Assembly (NCBI GenBank): GCA_963742245.1
Contig: CAVULG010000007.1
Coordinates: forward strand, 1,003,834 to 1,067,833
Source of the DNA: an uncultured Acidobacteriota bacterium
GTDB lineage: Bacteria > Acidobacteriota > Thermoanaerobaculia > UBA5066 > Gp7-AA6
Direction: 5' to 3'
DNA length: 64,000 nucleotides
Shown here piece by piece: positions 22,192 through 31,518 of this stretch (the first letter of the stretch is position 1; every line of letters begins with the position of its first letter). The notes beneath the pieces are model-generated. The model saw nothing but the letters and a program-made list of their open reading frames with translations, was not told the origin of the DNA and searched no databases. Made by a program: the position numbers and the translations under genes.

Positions 22192-23535
22192 CTACTGCCA
22201 CTTCTTGAAGATCCGCTCGACGTCTTTCTGCGCGACGGCCAGGGCGGCCTCGGGTTCGACCTCTCCCCGCGCGACGCGGGCGAACATCGTCGGCACGACG
22301 AAGGTGTTGAAGACTTCGTCGATCGCCGCCGTCGCATAGCCGGGGTATCCCACGTTGGTCGCCCAGTCGAGCACGCCCGCGAGCGCGGAGTACTTGCCGG
22401 GAGGATCGGCCTTCGGATCCTTCGCGAGCCGCTCGGCCAGATCCGGAACGGTCGTGGGGTAGCACGGAAAGTTGTAGAACTCGCTCTCCGTGAAAACCTC
22501 GGCGAAGTGATCGACGAGGTCGACCAGGAACTGCTTGGCCCCGTCGATGTTCTCGGCGAACTTCCAGATGACGTAGCAGTCCATGACGTGCTCGGCGGCG
22601 ATGCGGCGGACGGGGCCCTGGAGCGCCGGCACGAGGCCGATCTTCTTCGCGAGCTCCGGGTTCTCCTTCTCGGCCGTGCGCGTGACCGAGATGGCGTTGC
22701 AGACGAACGACGCGCGGCCCGCGAGCATCATCCGGTTGTTCGAGGCCGGATCCCAAGTGAAGACTTCCGGCGTCATGGCCTCCTTGTAGAGCGCCCGCAC
22801 GTACTCGAGCGCGGCGACGGTCTCCTTCGACTGGAGAACGGGCCGCCCCTCGGTGTCCTGTACGGCGCCGCCGAAGGACCAGAGGACGCCCCGCAGCGCC
22901 ATGTTGGAGTCCATCTCCTGCGAGAGGCCGAGGCCGACGGGGTTGCCGAACTTCTCCCGGATCTTCCGGCCGCCGTCCCGCAGGTCCTCCCAGCTGTTCG
23001 GCCCGTTCGGGTATCCGACTCCACCCCAGAGGTCGATGCGGTAGTTGCCGGGATCCGGCACGAAGGAGTCGGAGAACGCGAAGTACTTGCCGGACTTCGG
23101 ATTCCGCGTCGATTTCTCCGCGAGCGGGATCATCTTGCCGTGTCGCTTTTCGACCTCCGCCACGATGTCGGCGTGATCGATGACCTGGTTTTCGTAGGCC
23201 GCGGGCGGCGAGATGAAGAGGAAGAGATCGTGCCCCTTGCGCGCCGCGGCCTCGGCGGCGCCGCGGGCGTTGATTTCCGTCGCCGCCATGTGGTCGACGA
23301 TGACCTCGGTTCCGTTTTTCGCTCCCCATTCCTTCGTGTAGACGCCGTCGAACCACGCGTCGTAGCCGGGCACGAAGTGGCTCCACTGGAGGATCCGGAG
23401 CGTCTTCTTCGCGCTGGCGGTCTTCTTTTCCGAGGGCGCGCAGGAGAGAACCGGCACGGCGCCGGCCGCGAGCGCCGTTCCGGCCGCCTTCAGGAATTTA
23501 CGCCGCGAGATCCGGGCGCGCTTGATCGCCGTCAT
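22192..23535 (-). CDS. ABC transporter solute-binding lipoprotein (family-1 extracellular solute-binding protein) with a twin-arginine-like signal
   Basis: The signal MTAIKRARISRRKFLKAAG...VLSC combines an RR motif with a lipobox. The body is SBP_bac_1-like. I chose the ATG at 23535 because GGAGGA lies 6 nt upstream. The ORF track starts at 23559. Confidence 0.85.
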   Translation of the reverse strand: MTAIKRARISRRKFLKAAGTALAAGAVPVLSCAPSEKKTASAKKTLRILQWSHFVPGYDAWFDGVYTKEWGAKNGTEVIVDHMAATEINARGAAEAAARKGHDLFLFISPPAAYENQVIDHADIVAEVEKRHGKMIPLAEKSTRNPKSGKYFAFSDSFVPDPGNYRIDLWGGVGYPNGPNSWEDLRDGGRKIREKFGNPVGLGLSQEMDSNMALRGVLWSFGGAVQDTEGRPVLQSKETVAALEYVRALYKEAMTPEVFTWDPASNNRMMLAGRASFVCNAISVTRTAEKENPELAKKIGLVPALQGPVRRIAAEHVMDCYVIWKFAENIDGAKQFLVDLVDHFAEVFTESEFYNFPCYPTTVPDLAERLAKDPKADPPGKYSALAGVLDWATNVGYPGYATAAIDEVFNTFVVPTMFARVARGEVEPEAALAVAQKDVERIFKKWQ

Positions 23536-23604
23536 TCCGTGTCCTCCGTTTGCCGCCACGACAGGAAGCGGGCGCGCCGGGGCGCAAGTCTATAATCGCG
23601 GGCC

Positions 23605-24087
23605 GTGGCCGCCCTCGATCCCGGAACGAAGTTCCCGTCGATCGCGCTCCGGGACGCCGGCGGCGCGCCGGCCGCCATCCCGAGCGGCGAGTCGCTCGTC
23701 GCGGTCTTCAAGACGACCTGCCCGACCTGCGAGCTCACCTGGCCGTACCTCGAACGGCTCCGCGCGATCGGCGACGGACGCGGCCTTCCGATTCTCGCCG
23801 TCTCCCAGGACGATCCGAAGAAGTCGCGGGAGTTCGCGGCGCGCCTGAACACGCGGCTCGACACCGCCTACGACCCGAGTCCCTACCCCGCTTCCGACGC
23901 GCTCGGCCTGACGAACGTCCCGACGATCTTCCGCATCGGCGCCGACGGGGTCGTTGCCGAAACGATCATCGGGTTCGACCGCGAGCGCATGCGCGCGCTC
24001 GCCCGGCGCTCCGCCGCGCACGCCGGCGTTCCCGAAGTCGAAATCTTCCCCCGCGGCGACCCGGCGCCCGCGTTCAAACCCGGTTGA
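23605..24087 (+). CDS. Thioredoxin-fold protein (TlpA/AhpC-TSA-like redoxin) with a CPTC active site
   Basis: It contains FKTTCPTCELTWPYL together with VPTIF, the cis-Pro loop region typical of thioredoxin-like proteins. Confidence 0.7.
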   Translation: MAALDPGTKFPSIALRDAGGAPAAIPSGESLVAVFKTTCPTCELTWPYLERLRAIGDGRGLPILAVSQDDPKKSREFAARLNTRLDTAYDPSPYPASDALGLTNVPTIFRIGADGVVAETIIGFDRERMRALARRSAAHAGVPEVEIFPRGDPAPAFKPG

Positions 24088-24127
24088 GGATCCCGCAACG
24101 CCGGCAGGTAGCCGGAGAAGGCGCCCC

Positions 24128-25696
24128 GTGACCCAGGCATCTCCCAAGCCCCAGACCCTCGGCGAACTGAAGAAGTCCGGCTACGTCCCGCGCGGCGTCA
24201 AGGACGAGCTCCGCGCGAACCTGCGCCGCGCGCTCTCCGCGGGCGAGAGCCCGTTCACGGGGATCCACGGCTACGAGCGGACGGTGCTGCCCTCGCTCTA
24301 CAACGCGATCCTCTCCCGCCACGACCTCCTGCTGCTCGGCCTGCGCGGCCAGGCGAAGACTCGCCTGCTCCGCATGCTCGTGAACCTGCTCGACGCGGAG
24401 ATCCCGGCGATCGCGGGAAGCGAGCTGTCCGAGGACCCGTTCGCGCCGATCACGAAGTACGGCCGGCGGATGCTCGCGGAGAAGGGCGACGCCACGCCGA
24501 TCGTCTGGATCCCGCGCACCGAGCGTTACCGCGAGAAGCTCGCGACGCCGGACGTGACGATTGCCGATCTCATCGGCGACATCGACCCGATCAAGGCCGC
24601 GACCGAGCGCCGCGCGTACTCGGACGAGGAAGTCATCCACTTCGGCATCGTCCCGCGGACCAACCGCGGCATCTTCGCCATCAACGAGCTCCCGGACCTC
24701 CAGCCGCGCATCCAGGTCGGACTGCTCAACATCCTCGAGGAGCGCGATCTCCAGATCCGCGGCTTCCCCGTCCGGATCCCCCTCGACATCCTCCTCGTCT
24801 TCTCGGCCAATCCCGAGGACTACACCAACCGCGGCAACATCATCACGCCGCTGAAGGATCGCATCTCTTCGCAGATCTTCACGCACTACCCCGAGGACGT
24901 GAAGACCGCGGCGAAGATCACGGCGCAGGAGGCCTGGGTCGATCGCGACGGCGGGCCGAAGGTCGAGATCCCGGACCTCTTCCGCGAGCTCGTCGAGGAG
25001 ATCGCCTTCGCCGCGCGGGCCTCGGAGTTCGTCGACCAGTCCTCGGGCGTGTCGGCGCGCATGCCGATCTCGGCGATCGAGATCCTCGCCTCGAACCTGG
25101 AGCGGCGCGGCCTCGTCAACGGTGAAGAAAAAGTCTCGCCCCGACTCTGCGACCTACCTGCGACGCTTCCGGCGATCACCGGAAAAGTCGAGATGGTCTA
25201 CGAGGGCGAGCAGCAGGGCGCCGAGGTCGTCGCCAAGAAGCTGATCGGCGCGGCGGTCAAGAAGCTCTTCGACGCCAAGTTCCCGGCGCCCGACGCCGGC
25301 CGGCCCACGGAGCGGCGGCGCCAGGAGCTCGAGGAAGACGACGAGACCGCCCCGAGCGGTCCCGTGCGCCGGGCACGCCCCGCGCCTCCCCCTCCCGAGA
25401 AAGTCCATCCGCTCTACGAGCCGATCGTGGCGTGGTTCTCGGCCGGAAACCGCGTCACCCTGTCCGACGACGTGCCCTTCGCGGAGCACCTGACGGGATT
25501 GCAGTCGGTGCCGGGCCTGAAGAAGGCGGTCGAGGAGCACTTCTCGCCGGCTTCGAAGGAGGAGCTGGCGATCGGGATGGAGCTCGTGCTCGAAGGGCTC
25601 ACGCAGCACCTGAAGATTGCCCGCGAAGACCTCGACTCGCGGGTCTCGTACACCGAGATGCTGAAGTTCAATCTCGTGAGAAATCGGGCAAATTGA
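24128..25696 (+). CDS. AAA+ ATPase of the ChlI/MoxR-like type (Mg-chelatase-subunit-like), VWA-partnered family
   Basis: It has a P-loop-like LLLLGLRGQAKTRLLR, a Walker B-like GIFAINELPDL, and sensor regions (LLVFSANPEDY, PLKDRI). The start is GTG 24128, since no ATG is available upstream. Confidence 0.8.
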   Translation: MTQASPKPQTLGELKKSGYVPRGVKDELRANLRRALSAGESPFTGIHGYERTVLPSLYNAILSRHDLLLLGLRGQAKTRLLRMLVNLLDAEIPAIAGSELSEDPFAPITKYGRRMLAEKGDATPIVWIPRTERYREKLATPDVTIADLIGDIDPIKAATERRAYSDEEVIHFGIVPRTNRGIFAINELPDLQPRIQVGLLNILEERDLQIRGFPVRIPLDILLVFSANPEDYTNRGNIITPLKDRISSQIFTHYPEDVKTAAKITAQEAWVDRDGGPKVEIPDLFRELVEEIAFAARASEFVDQSSGVSARMPISAIEILASNLERRGLVNGEEKVSPRLCDLPATLPAITGKVEMVYEGEQQGAEVVAKKLIGAAVKKLFDAKFPAPDAGRPTERRRQELEEDDETAPSGPVRRARPAPPPPEKVHPLYEPIVAWFSAGNRVTLSDDVPFAEHLTGLQSVPGLKKAVEEHFSPASKEELAIGMELVLEGLTQHLKIAREDLDSRVSYTEMLKFNLVRNRAN

Positions 25697-26454
25697 CGGC
25701 GAACACCTCCCTCCGCCACCGCATCCTCTCCGGCGAGCGGCTCCTCGGCTGCTTCCTGACGTGGCCGACCGACGGCCTCGCGGAGCTTCTCGCGCAGTCC
25801 CGCTTCGATTTTCTCGTTCTCGATTCCGAGCACGGCTATTTCAATCCCGAGTCCGCCGAGCGCATGGTCCGCGCCGCAGACGCCGCGGGCATTCCCGCGA
25901 TCGTCCGCGTGCCGAACTGCCACGCCTCCTCCGAGGCCGGCCGCGCTCTCGACGCGGGCGCGGCCGGCACGCTCTTCCCGCGCGCCGACGGAGCGCCTCC
26001 CGTGCGCGCCGCGATCGAAAGCGTCAAGTACGCCCCGCCCGGCAAGCGCGGCCTCGCGGGCGTGCGGGCGAACCGCTACGGCAGCGTCCCCTTCGACCAC
26101 TGGGTGCTCGAGGCCAACGAGAACACGGCCGTCGTCATCCAGATCGAGACCGCCGGCGCCCTCAACGCCGTCGAGTCGATCGCCGCCGAGAAGTGGGTCG
26201 ACCTGCTCTTCGTCGGACCCAACGATCTCTCGCAGGCCCTGGGCGTCCCGGGGCACTACGACGACCCCCGCTACGTGGCCGCGCTCGACAAGGTCGCCGC
26301 CGTCGCGCGCGACGCCCACAAGCGGGCGGGCATCATGCTGCGCACGGCGGACCAGATCCCGGGTCTCGCCGAGCGGGGCTACACCGTTTTCACGACAAGC
26401 GACCGCTCGCTCTTCCTCCATGCGGGCAAGCTGTGGAGGGATGCGCTTCGCTGA
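25693..26454 (+). CDS. HpcH/HpaI-family aldolase (2,4-dihydroxyhept-2-enedioate aldolase-like)
   Basis: The motifs DFLVLDSEHG, VRVP, IQIET and FVGPNDLS are typical of HpcH/HpaI aldolases. The putative TTG start at 25693 overlaps the stop of the ATPase gene. Confidence 0.75.
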   Translation: MTANTSLRHRILSGERLLGCFLTWPTDGLAELLAQSRFDFLVLDSEHGYFNPESAERMVRAADAAGIPAIVRVPNCHASSEAGRALDAGAAGTLFPRADGAPPVRAAIESVKYAPPGKRGLAGVRANRYGSVPFDHWVLEANENTAVVIQIETAGALNAVESIAAEKWVDLLFVGPNDLSQALGVPGHYDDPRYVAALDKVAAVARDAHKRAGIMLRTADQIPGLAERGYTVFTTSDRSLFLHAGKLWRDALR

Positions 26455-26479
26455 GTCGGTGCGATAAACTCGTACTCAA

Positions 26480-29400
26480 ATGAAACAGATCCGCCGGGTA
26501 TTCCTTTCCCTGGCAGTGCTGCTTTTGTCGATGCCGTTGCGTGCCCAGTGCACTGGTTGCACGAACCTTTCGTTCGGCCCGGCCGTCCCGTGGTACCCGT
26601 CGGGAGACGCTTCCGATCAGTTCGCGGCTGCGGACTTCGATCAGGACGGCGTGCTCGATGTCGCGCTCCCCGGCCCTCAGGGCGGGTTCATTCTGTACTT
26701 CGGCGACGGCCGCGGGACCTTCCGCTCCCACGCCGTGGTCCCGAGCGACGGCGTGCCGGCCCAGTTCGTGGCGGCCGGAGACTTCGACGGCAACGGGTTC
26801 CCGGATCTCGTGGGCAGCAACTTCGGCACGTTCGCGATCCTCCTGGCGGACGGCATCGGCGGCTTCGCGCCATCGACGACGGGATCGAATGGACGCGGAA
26901 GAGTCCTGGTCGCCGACTTCGACCGGGACGGCCGCGTGGACCTTCTCACCGCGGAAAACTGCCTCCTCGGGGAAGGAGACGGCACGCTTTCCCCTCCCCT
27001 GCCGCTCGCGGGCGGGCCGTATTCGATGCTGATCGCCTCGGGCGATTTCAATGGGGACGCGGTCCTCGACGTCGCAGTCTCGAACATCACCGAAGTGCAC
27101 CTCCTGCTCGGCGATGGGACGGGAGGATTCACCCCGGGAACCATGTTTCCTGCCCCGCCCTCGTTCACCGAAGTTCGCAACGGCGCTGCCGCCGACCTGA
27201 CGGGCGACGGAAATCTCGACCTCGCCCTCGCGATCGATGCCAGCGGCGGAGGGCCCTCGTCGGTTCAGGTCCTCGTCGGCGACGGCACGGGCCAGCTCTC
27301 GCCAGGAGCCTCTCTCCCACTGCCCTACTCTTTTTCCTCGATCGTCGCCGCGGATTTCGACGGCTCCGGCGCGATCGACGTTCTAACGACCGGAGGTCAC
27401 CTGTTTGCCGGCATCGGCGGGGGCGCGCTTGGACCCCCGGTCAATTATGGTTACTCGGCGTGGGGCCTCGCGCCGGGTGACTTCAACCGCGACGGCATCA
27501 CGGACGCCGCCGCCGCGATGCAGGGCGTGGGCATCCTGCTCGGACAGGTGTCGGGCGGGCTGGCCGCGCCGATCCCTAGGCCGTACTTCTACGACGTCTC
27601 GGGGGCGGGTATCGCCGACGTCACGGGCGATGGCGTGCCGGACGTCGTCGCTTCGGTTGCCGCCTTCGCGCTCAATAATTCCATCAGCATTTTCCCGGGC
27701 ACCGGCGGCGCCGGCATTGGTCCGCGGGTCGACTACGCGCTCCCATCTCCGGCCTCGGCGATCACCGTCGCCGAGCTCAAGGAGGACGGCGTTTCGGACG
27801 TCGCGGCGTCGACTGGCGGACAGATTGCCCTTCTCCTCTGGGATGGAGCGAACGGCTTCCTCCCTCCGACGTTTCTCGACACGGCGACTGGCGCTTCCGG
27901 CGTCGCGGCGGGGCTTTTCGACGCCGACGCTCACCAGGACCTGATCTCCGTGGGGAGCGGCCTGGACCTGCGGCTCGGCGACGGCACCGGAGGGTTCGAG
28001 GACCCCGTCGTCGTCTCCGACGTTCTCGCACACGCGCTGCTCGCTCTGGACTTCAACGGCGACGGAAAGACAGACATTGCCGCGTTTGGCGGCGCGATTC
28101 ACCTCTTCCTCGGGCACGGCGACGGCACCTTCGACGCGGAGGTCCTCTCTCAGCTGCCCGGCTTCACGGATGTCTACGCGGCCGCCGATTTTGACGGCGA
28201 CGGCTTCCTCGACCTGGCCTTCGGCGGCGTCGGGGAGATCCCGGTGATCTTCGGCGACGGCGGCGGAGGCTTCTCGGCGCCCTTGTTGGTTCCGGCCGGC
28301 AATCTGTCGGGGTACATCAACCCAGCCGCCGGCGACGTCGACGGCGACGGCGATGCCGATCTCCTGGTCGCCGCGCGCGAGGAAGACCTCGCGGTCGTCA
28401 TTACGGGCAACGGCGACGGGACGTTCGAGATCCCGAGCTCCTGGCGCGTCTCCCGCTATCCGGCTCGGCCGGCCCTGGGAGATCTCGATCTCGACGGCAA
28501 GCTCGACCTCGTCACGCTCGGTGACTACGTAAGCGTTCTTCGCAACAGCCAGTGCGAGGCGCGTCGGCTCGGAACGCCGACTGACGTCTCGAAGTGCGCC
28601 GCTCCGAGCCTGCCGTTTCCGATCCAGCCGGCTGTGGGCGTCTACGACGACGGCGGCAATGTGATCACCTGCCATACAGAAGCCGTCTCGGCGTCGATCG
28701 TACCCGGCACGGGTACGCCGGGCGCCCTTCTCGCCGGAACGACGGACGTCGCTTACGTCGCGGGAGTCGCAACCTACGCGGACCTTTCGATCGGGCCGGT
28801 CGGTGCCGGCTACGTGTTGGAGTTTTCGCATCCTGTCCTCGGCGTCACCCGCAGCCGCTCGTTCACCGTGGGCGAGCCGCCTCAGGCACCTCAGGCCACT
28901 AACAGCGGACCGTTCTGCCAGGGGCAGACCCTGAACCTCTATGCGACGACCGTTCCCGGAGCCGTCTATCGATGGACCGGTCCCGGCGGATTCTCTTCGA
29001 CCGCGCAGAGCCCATCGATCCCCGCCGCGGGCGCTGGAGCGGCCGGTGTCTACTCCGTGATCGCACTCGTGGACGGCTGCGCGTCGGCTGCGACGGATAC
29101 GACCGTCGCGATGCTGCCGCCCACTCCGGGTCCGGCGATCCGGGGCGCTCTCCAGATCTGCGCGGGCAGCCGCCTACTCCTCCACGTTGACGACGGAGCC
29201 TTCCATCACACTTGGTTCCACAACGGAGTGCCGATCGAAGGCGCGACCGGCCCGGAGTACTCCGCCGCGGAAATGTCCGTCGGCGACACCGGTGAATACA
29301 CCGCGTCCTCTGCGGACGCGACGGGCTGCACGACCGCCGTTTCGGATCCCGTCACAGTCACTCTGGACTTCTGCCATGCGGAGGCGCACGCGCTGTCGGT

Positions 29401-30286
29401 CGACCCGCAGGGCAACGGAATCCTCGAGCCCGCCGAGACGGCGGTCATCAACCCGACCTGGCAAAACAACGACATCGTCGACCTCGCGTTGTCCGGAGTC
29501 CTCGGAGTCTTCACCGGCCTCGCCGGAGGCAGCTACGTCATCGACGAGGGCACGGCAAACTACGGAGTCCTCGCTCCGGGAGCCCAGGGCGACTGCCTCT
29601 CAAACGCGGACTGCCATGTCGTGACCGTCAGCGCGCCCGGCGCTCGCCCAGCTCTGCATTGGGACGCGTTTCTCGACGAAACGCCCGGGGCGGATCCGGC
29701 GCACACCTGGCAGCTCCACGTAGGCGCGAGCTTTGCCGACGTCCCTCCGGCGCATCCCTTCTATGCCGCGGTCGAGACGGTGCTCCACCATGGAGTGACC
29801 AACGGTTGCACGCCGACGGACTACTGTCCGGCTTCCGGCGTGACGCGCGCCCAGATGGCCGTGCTGCTGTTGAGAGCGCGTTTCGGGCCCCAGTTCGTTC
29901 CGCCGCCGGCAAGCGGAATGCGATTCGCCGACGTTCCTGCCGACGCGTTCGCCGCGGCCTGGATCGAGTACCTCGCGCAGATCGGCGTAACGGCCGGCTG
30001 CGGCAACGGCAACTATTGCCCGAGCACGGTCGTCAACCGCGCGCAGATGGCGGTCTTCCTCCTCCGCACCGCCTTCATCACCCCACCGAATTGCACTGGC
30101 CTGTTCGGAGACGTACCGTGTCCGGACGGCTTCGCCGTCAACTACATCGAGCACCTGCACACCTTGGGCGTCACCGGCGGATGTAACGCCGTTCCGCTGC
30201 TTTACTGCCCGGGCAATCCCAACAAACGCGGGCAGATGGCGGTCTTCTTGACGCGCACATTCGGTCTCACACTCTACGGGCCGTAG
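26480..30286 (+). CDS. 1268-aa secreted FG-GAP/VCBS-repeat protein with Ig-like modules, a conserved middle domain and a triple Cys-containing SLH-like C-terminal cassette
   Basis: It has a signal peptide and many FG-GAP-type repeats (ADFD.DG..D....G....LLGDGTGGF). Two Ig-like modules follow (YRWTGPGGF...GVYSV). The C-terminal cassette spans about 29732-30283. Confidence 0.9.
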   Translation: MKQIRRVFLSLAVLLLSMPLRAQCTGCTNLSFGPAVPWYPSGDASDQFAAADFDQDGVLDVALPGPQGGFILYFGDGRGTFRSHAVVPSDGVPAQFVAAGDFDGNGFPDLVGSNFGTFAILLADGIGGFAPSTTGSNGRGRVLVADFDRDGRVDLLTAENCLLGEGDGTLSPPLPLAGGPYSMLIASGDFNGDAVLDVAVSNITEVHLLLGDGTGGFTPGTMFPAPPSFTEVRNGAAADLTGDGNLDLALAIDASGGGPSSVQVLVGDGTGQLSPGASLPLPYSFSSIVAADFDGSGAIDVLTTGGHLFAGIGGGALGPPVNYGYSAWGLAPGDFNRDGITDAAAAMQGVGILLGQVSGGLAAPIPRPYFYDVSGAGIADVTGDGVPDVVASVAAFALNNSISIFPGTGGAGIGPRVDYALPSPASAITVAELKEDGVSDVAASTGGQIALLLWDGANGFLPPTFLDTATGASGVAAGLFDADAHQDLISVGSGLDLRLGDGTGGFEDPVVVSDVLAHALLALDFNGDGKTDIAAFGGAIHLFLGHGDGTFDAEVLSQLPGFTDVYAAADFDGDGFLDLAFGGVGEIPVIFGDGGGGFSAPLLVPAGNLSGYINPAAGDVDGDGDADLLVAAREEDLAVVITGNGDGTFEIPSSWRVSRYPARPALGDLDLDGKLDLVTLGDYVSVLRNSQCEARRLGTPTDVSKCAAPSLPFPIQPAVGVYDDGGNVITCHTEAVSASIVPGTGTPGALLAGTTDVAYVAGVATYADLSIGPVGAGYVLEFSHPVLGVTRSRSFTVGEPPQAPQATNSGPFCQGQTLNLYATTVPGAVYRWTGPGGFSSTAQSPSIPAAGAGAAGVYSVIALVDGCASAATDTTVAMLPPTPGPAIRGALQICAGSRLLLHVDDGAFHHTWFHNGVPIEGATGPEYSAAEMSVGDTGEYTASSADATGCTTAVSDPVTVTLDFCHAEAHALSVDPQGNGILEPAETAVINPTWQNNDIVDLALSGVLGVFTGLAGGSYVIDEGTANYGVLAPGAQGDCLSNADCHVVTVSAPGARPALHWDAFLDETPGADPAHTWQLHVGASFADVPPAHPFYAAVETVLHHGVTNGCTPTDYCPASGVTRAQMAVLLLRARFGPQFVPPPASGMRFADVPADAFAAAWIEYLAQIGVTAGCGNGNYCPSTVVNRAQMAVFLLRTAFITPPNCTGLFGDVPCPDGFAVNYIEHLHTLGVTGGCNAVPLLYCPGNPNKRGQMAVFLTRTFGLTLYGP

Positions 30287-30295
30287 AATCGGCCC

Positions 30296-31381
30296 GTGCG
30301 CTACCGCTACTCCGACTTCCCGCTCGATCTCCTCCGCGAGCTCCTGACGTACCAGGAGCTCGTCAAGCTCTTCCTGCAGCTCGTCCTCCAGGCGGGAGGC
30401 GACGTCGAAGAGGCGCTGCGGTGGATGAAGTACCTCCAGGATCGCGGCATGATCGACGAGAACATCGACCTCGACGAGTTCCGGCAGGAGCTTCAGAAGA
30501 ACGAGATGGTCGAGGACCGCGGCGGGCAGCTCGCGCTCTCGGCCGCCGGCGAGCGGCGCATCCGGCGTTCCGCCCTCGAGGAGATATTCACCTCGCTCAC
30601 GAAGTCGGGATCCGGCTACCACGCGGTGCCGCGCGCGGGCGGGGGCGGCGAGCTGCTGCCCGAGACGCGGCCCTACGAGTTCGGCGACAACCCGAGCGCG
30701 ATCGACGGCGTCCGGTCGATCGGCAACGCCGTGCGCCGAGACGCCGCCGACATCGCCCTGAAGGCCGACGACTTCGAAGTGCACGAGGAGGAGCACCTGA
30801 CCTCCTGCGCGACCGTCCTTGCGATCGACATCTCGCACTCGATGATCCTCTACGGCGAGGACCGCTTCACGCCGGCCAAGAAGGTCGCTTTAGCGATGGT
30901 CGAGCTGATCCAGTCCAAGTACCCGAAGGACTCGATCGACGTGCTGCTCTTCGGCGACGACGCCAGGCGCGTCCCAATCTCCGAGATCTCGAAGACCCAG
31001 GTCGGGCCGTTCCACACCAACACCAAGGCCGGTCTCGCGCTCGCGCGCAAGCTCCTCGTCCATCGCAAGAACCCCAACAAGCAGGTCCTCCTCATCACCG
31101 ACGGCAAGCCCTCGGCAATCTGGGAGCGCGGCCGGCTCTACAAGAACCCGTTCGGGCTGGATCTGAAGATCGTCAACCGCACGCTCGAAGAGGCCGACGC
31201 CTGCCGGCGCGACGGAATCACGATCACGACCTTCATGATCGCGACCGACACCTATCTCGTCGAGTTCGTGGACAAGCTGACGAAGATCAACCGCGGCCGC
31301 GCGTACTACGCGTCGCCGTACAACCTGGCGGAGTTTCTGTTTACGGACTACATCCGGAACCGGAAGAAGTTCCTGCACTGA
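30296..31381 (+). CDS. Cytoplasmic VWA-domain protein with an intact MIDAS motif, the predicted partner of the AAA+ ATPase at 24128
   Basis: The MIDAS motif is VLAIDISHSM (DxSxS), followed by ...LITDGKPSA. There is no signal peptide. The GTG start lies 9 nt after the FG-GAP gene stop. Confidence 0.85.
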   Translation: MRYRYSDFPLDLLRELLTYQELVKLFLQLVLQAGGDVEEALRWMKYLQDRGMIDENIDLDEFRQELQKNEMVEDRGGQLALSAAGERRIRRSALEEIFTSLTKSGSGYHAVPRAGGGGELLPETRPYEFGDNPSAIDGVRSIGNAVRRDAADIALKADDFEVHEEEHLTSCATVLAIDISHSMILYGEDRFTPAKKVALAMVELIQSKYPKDSIDVLLFGDDARRVPISEISKTQVGPFHTNTKAGLALARKLLVHRKNPNKQVLLITDGKPSAIWERGRLYKNPFGLDLKIVNRTLEEADACRRDGITITTFMIATDTYLVEFVDKLTKINRGRAYYASPYNLAEFLFTDYIRNRKKFLH

Positions 31382-31518
31382 GGGATCCGCTTGGATCTGT
31401 CGCCCGGAACGCTGTCCCCGGCGTCCCTCGGTGCCATCCTCACTCCATACTGGACTCTCGTACAGGTCCGGGTGTATACGTCCGGCATCCATCTCTGGGA
31501 ACCCCCGCAGGAGGCGCC

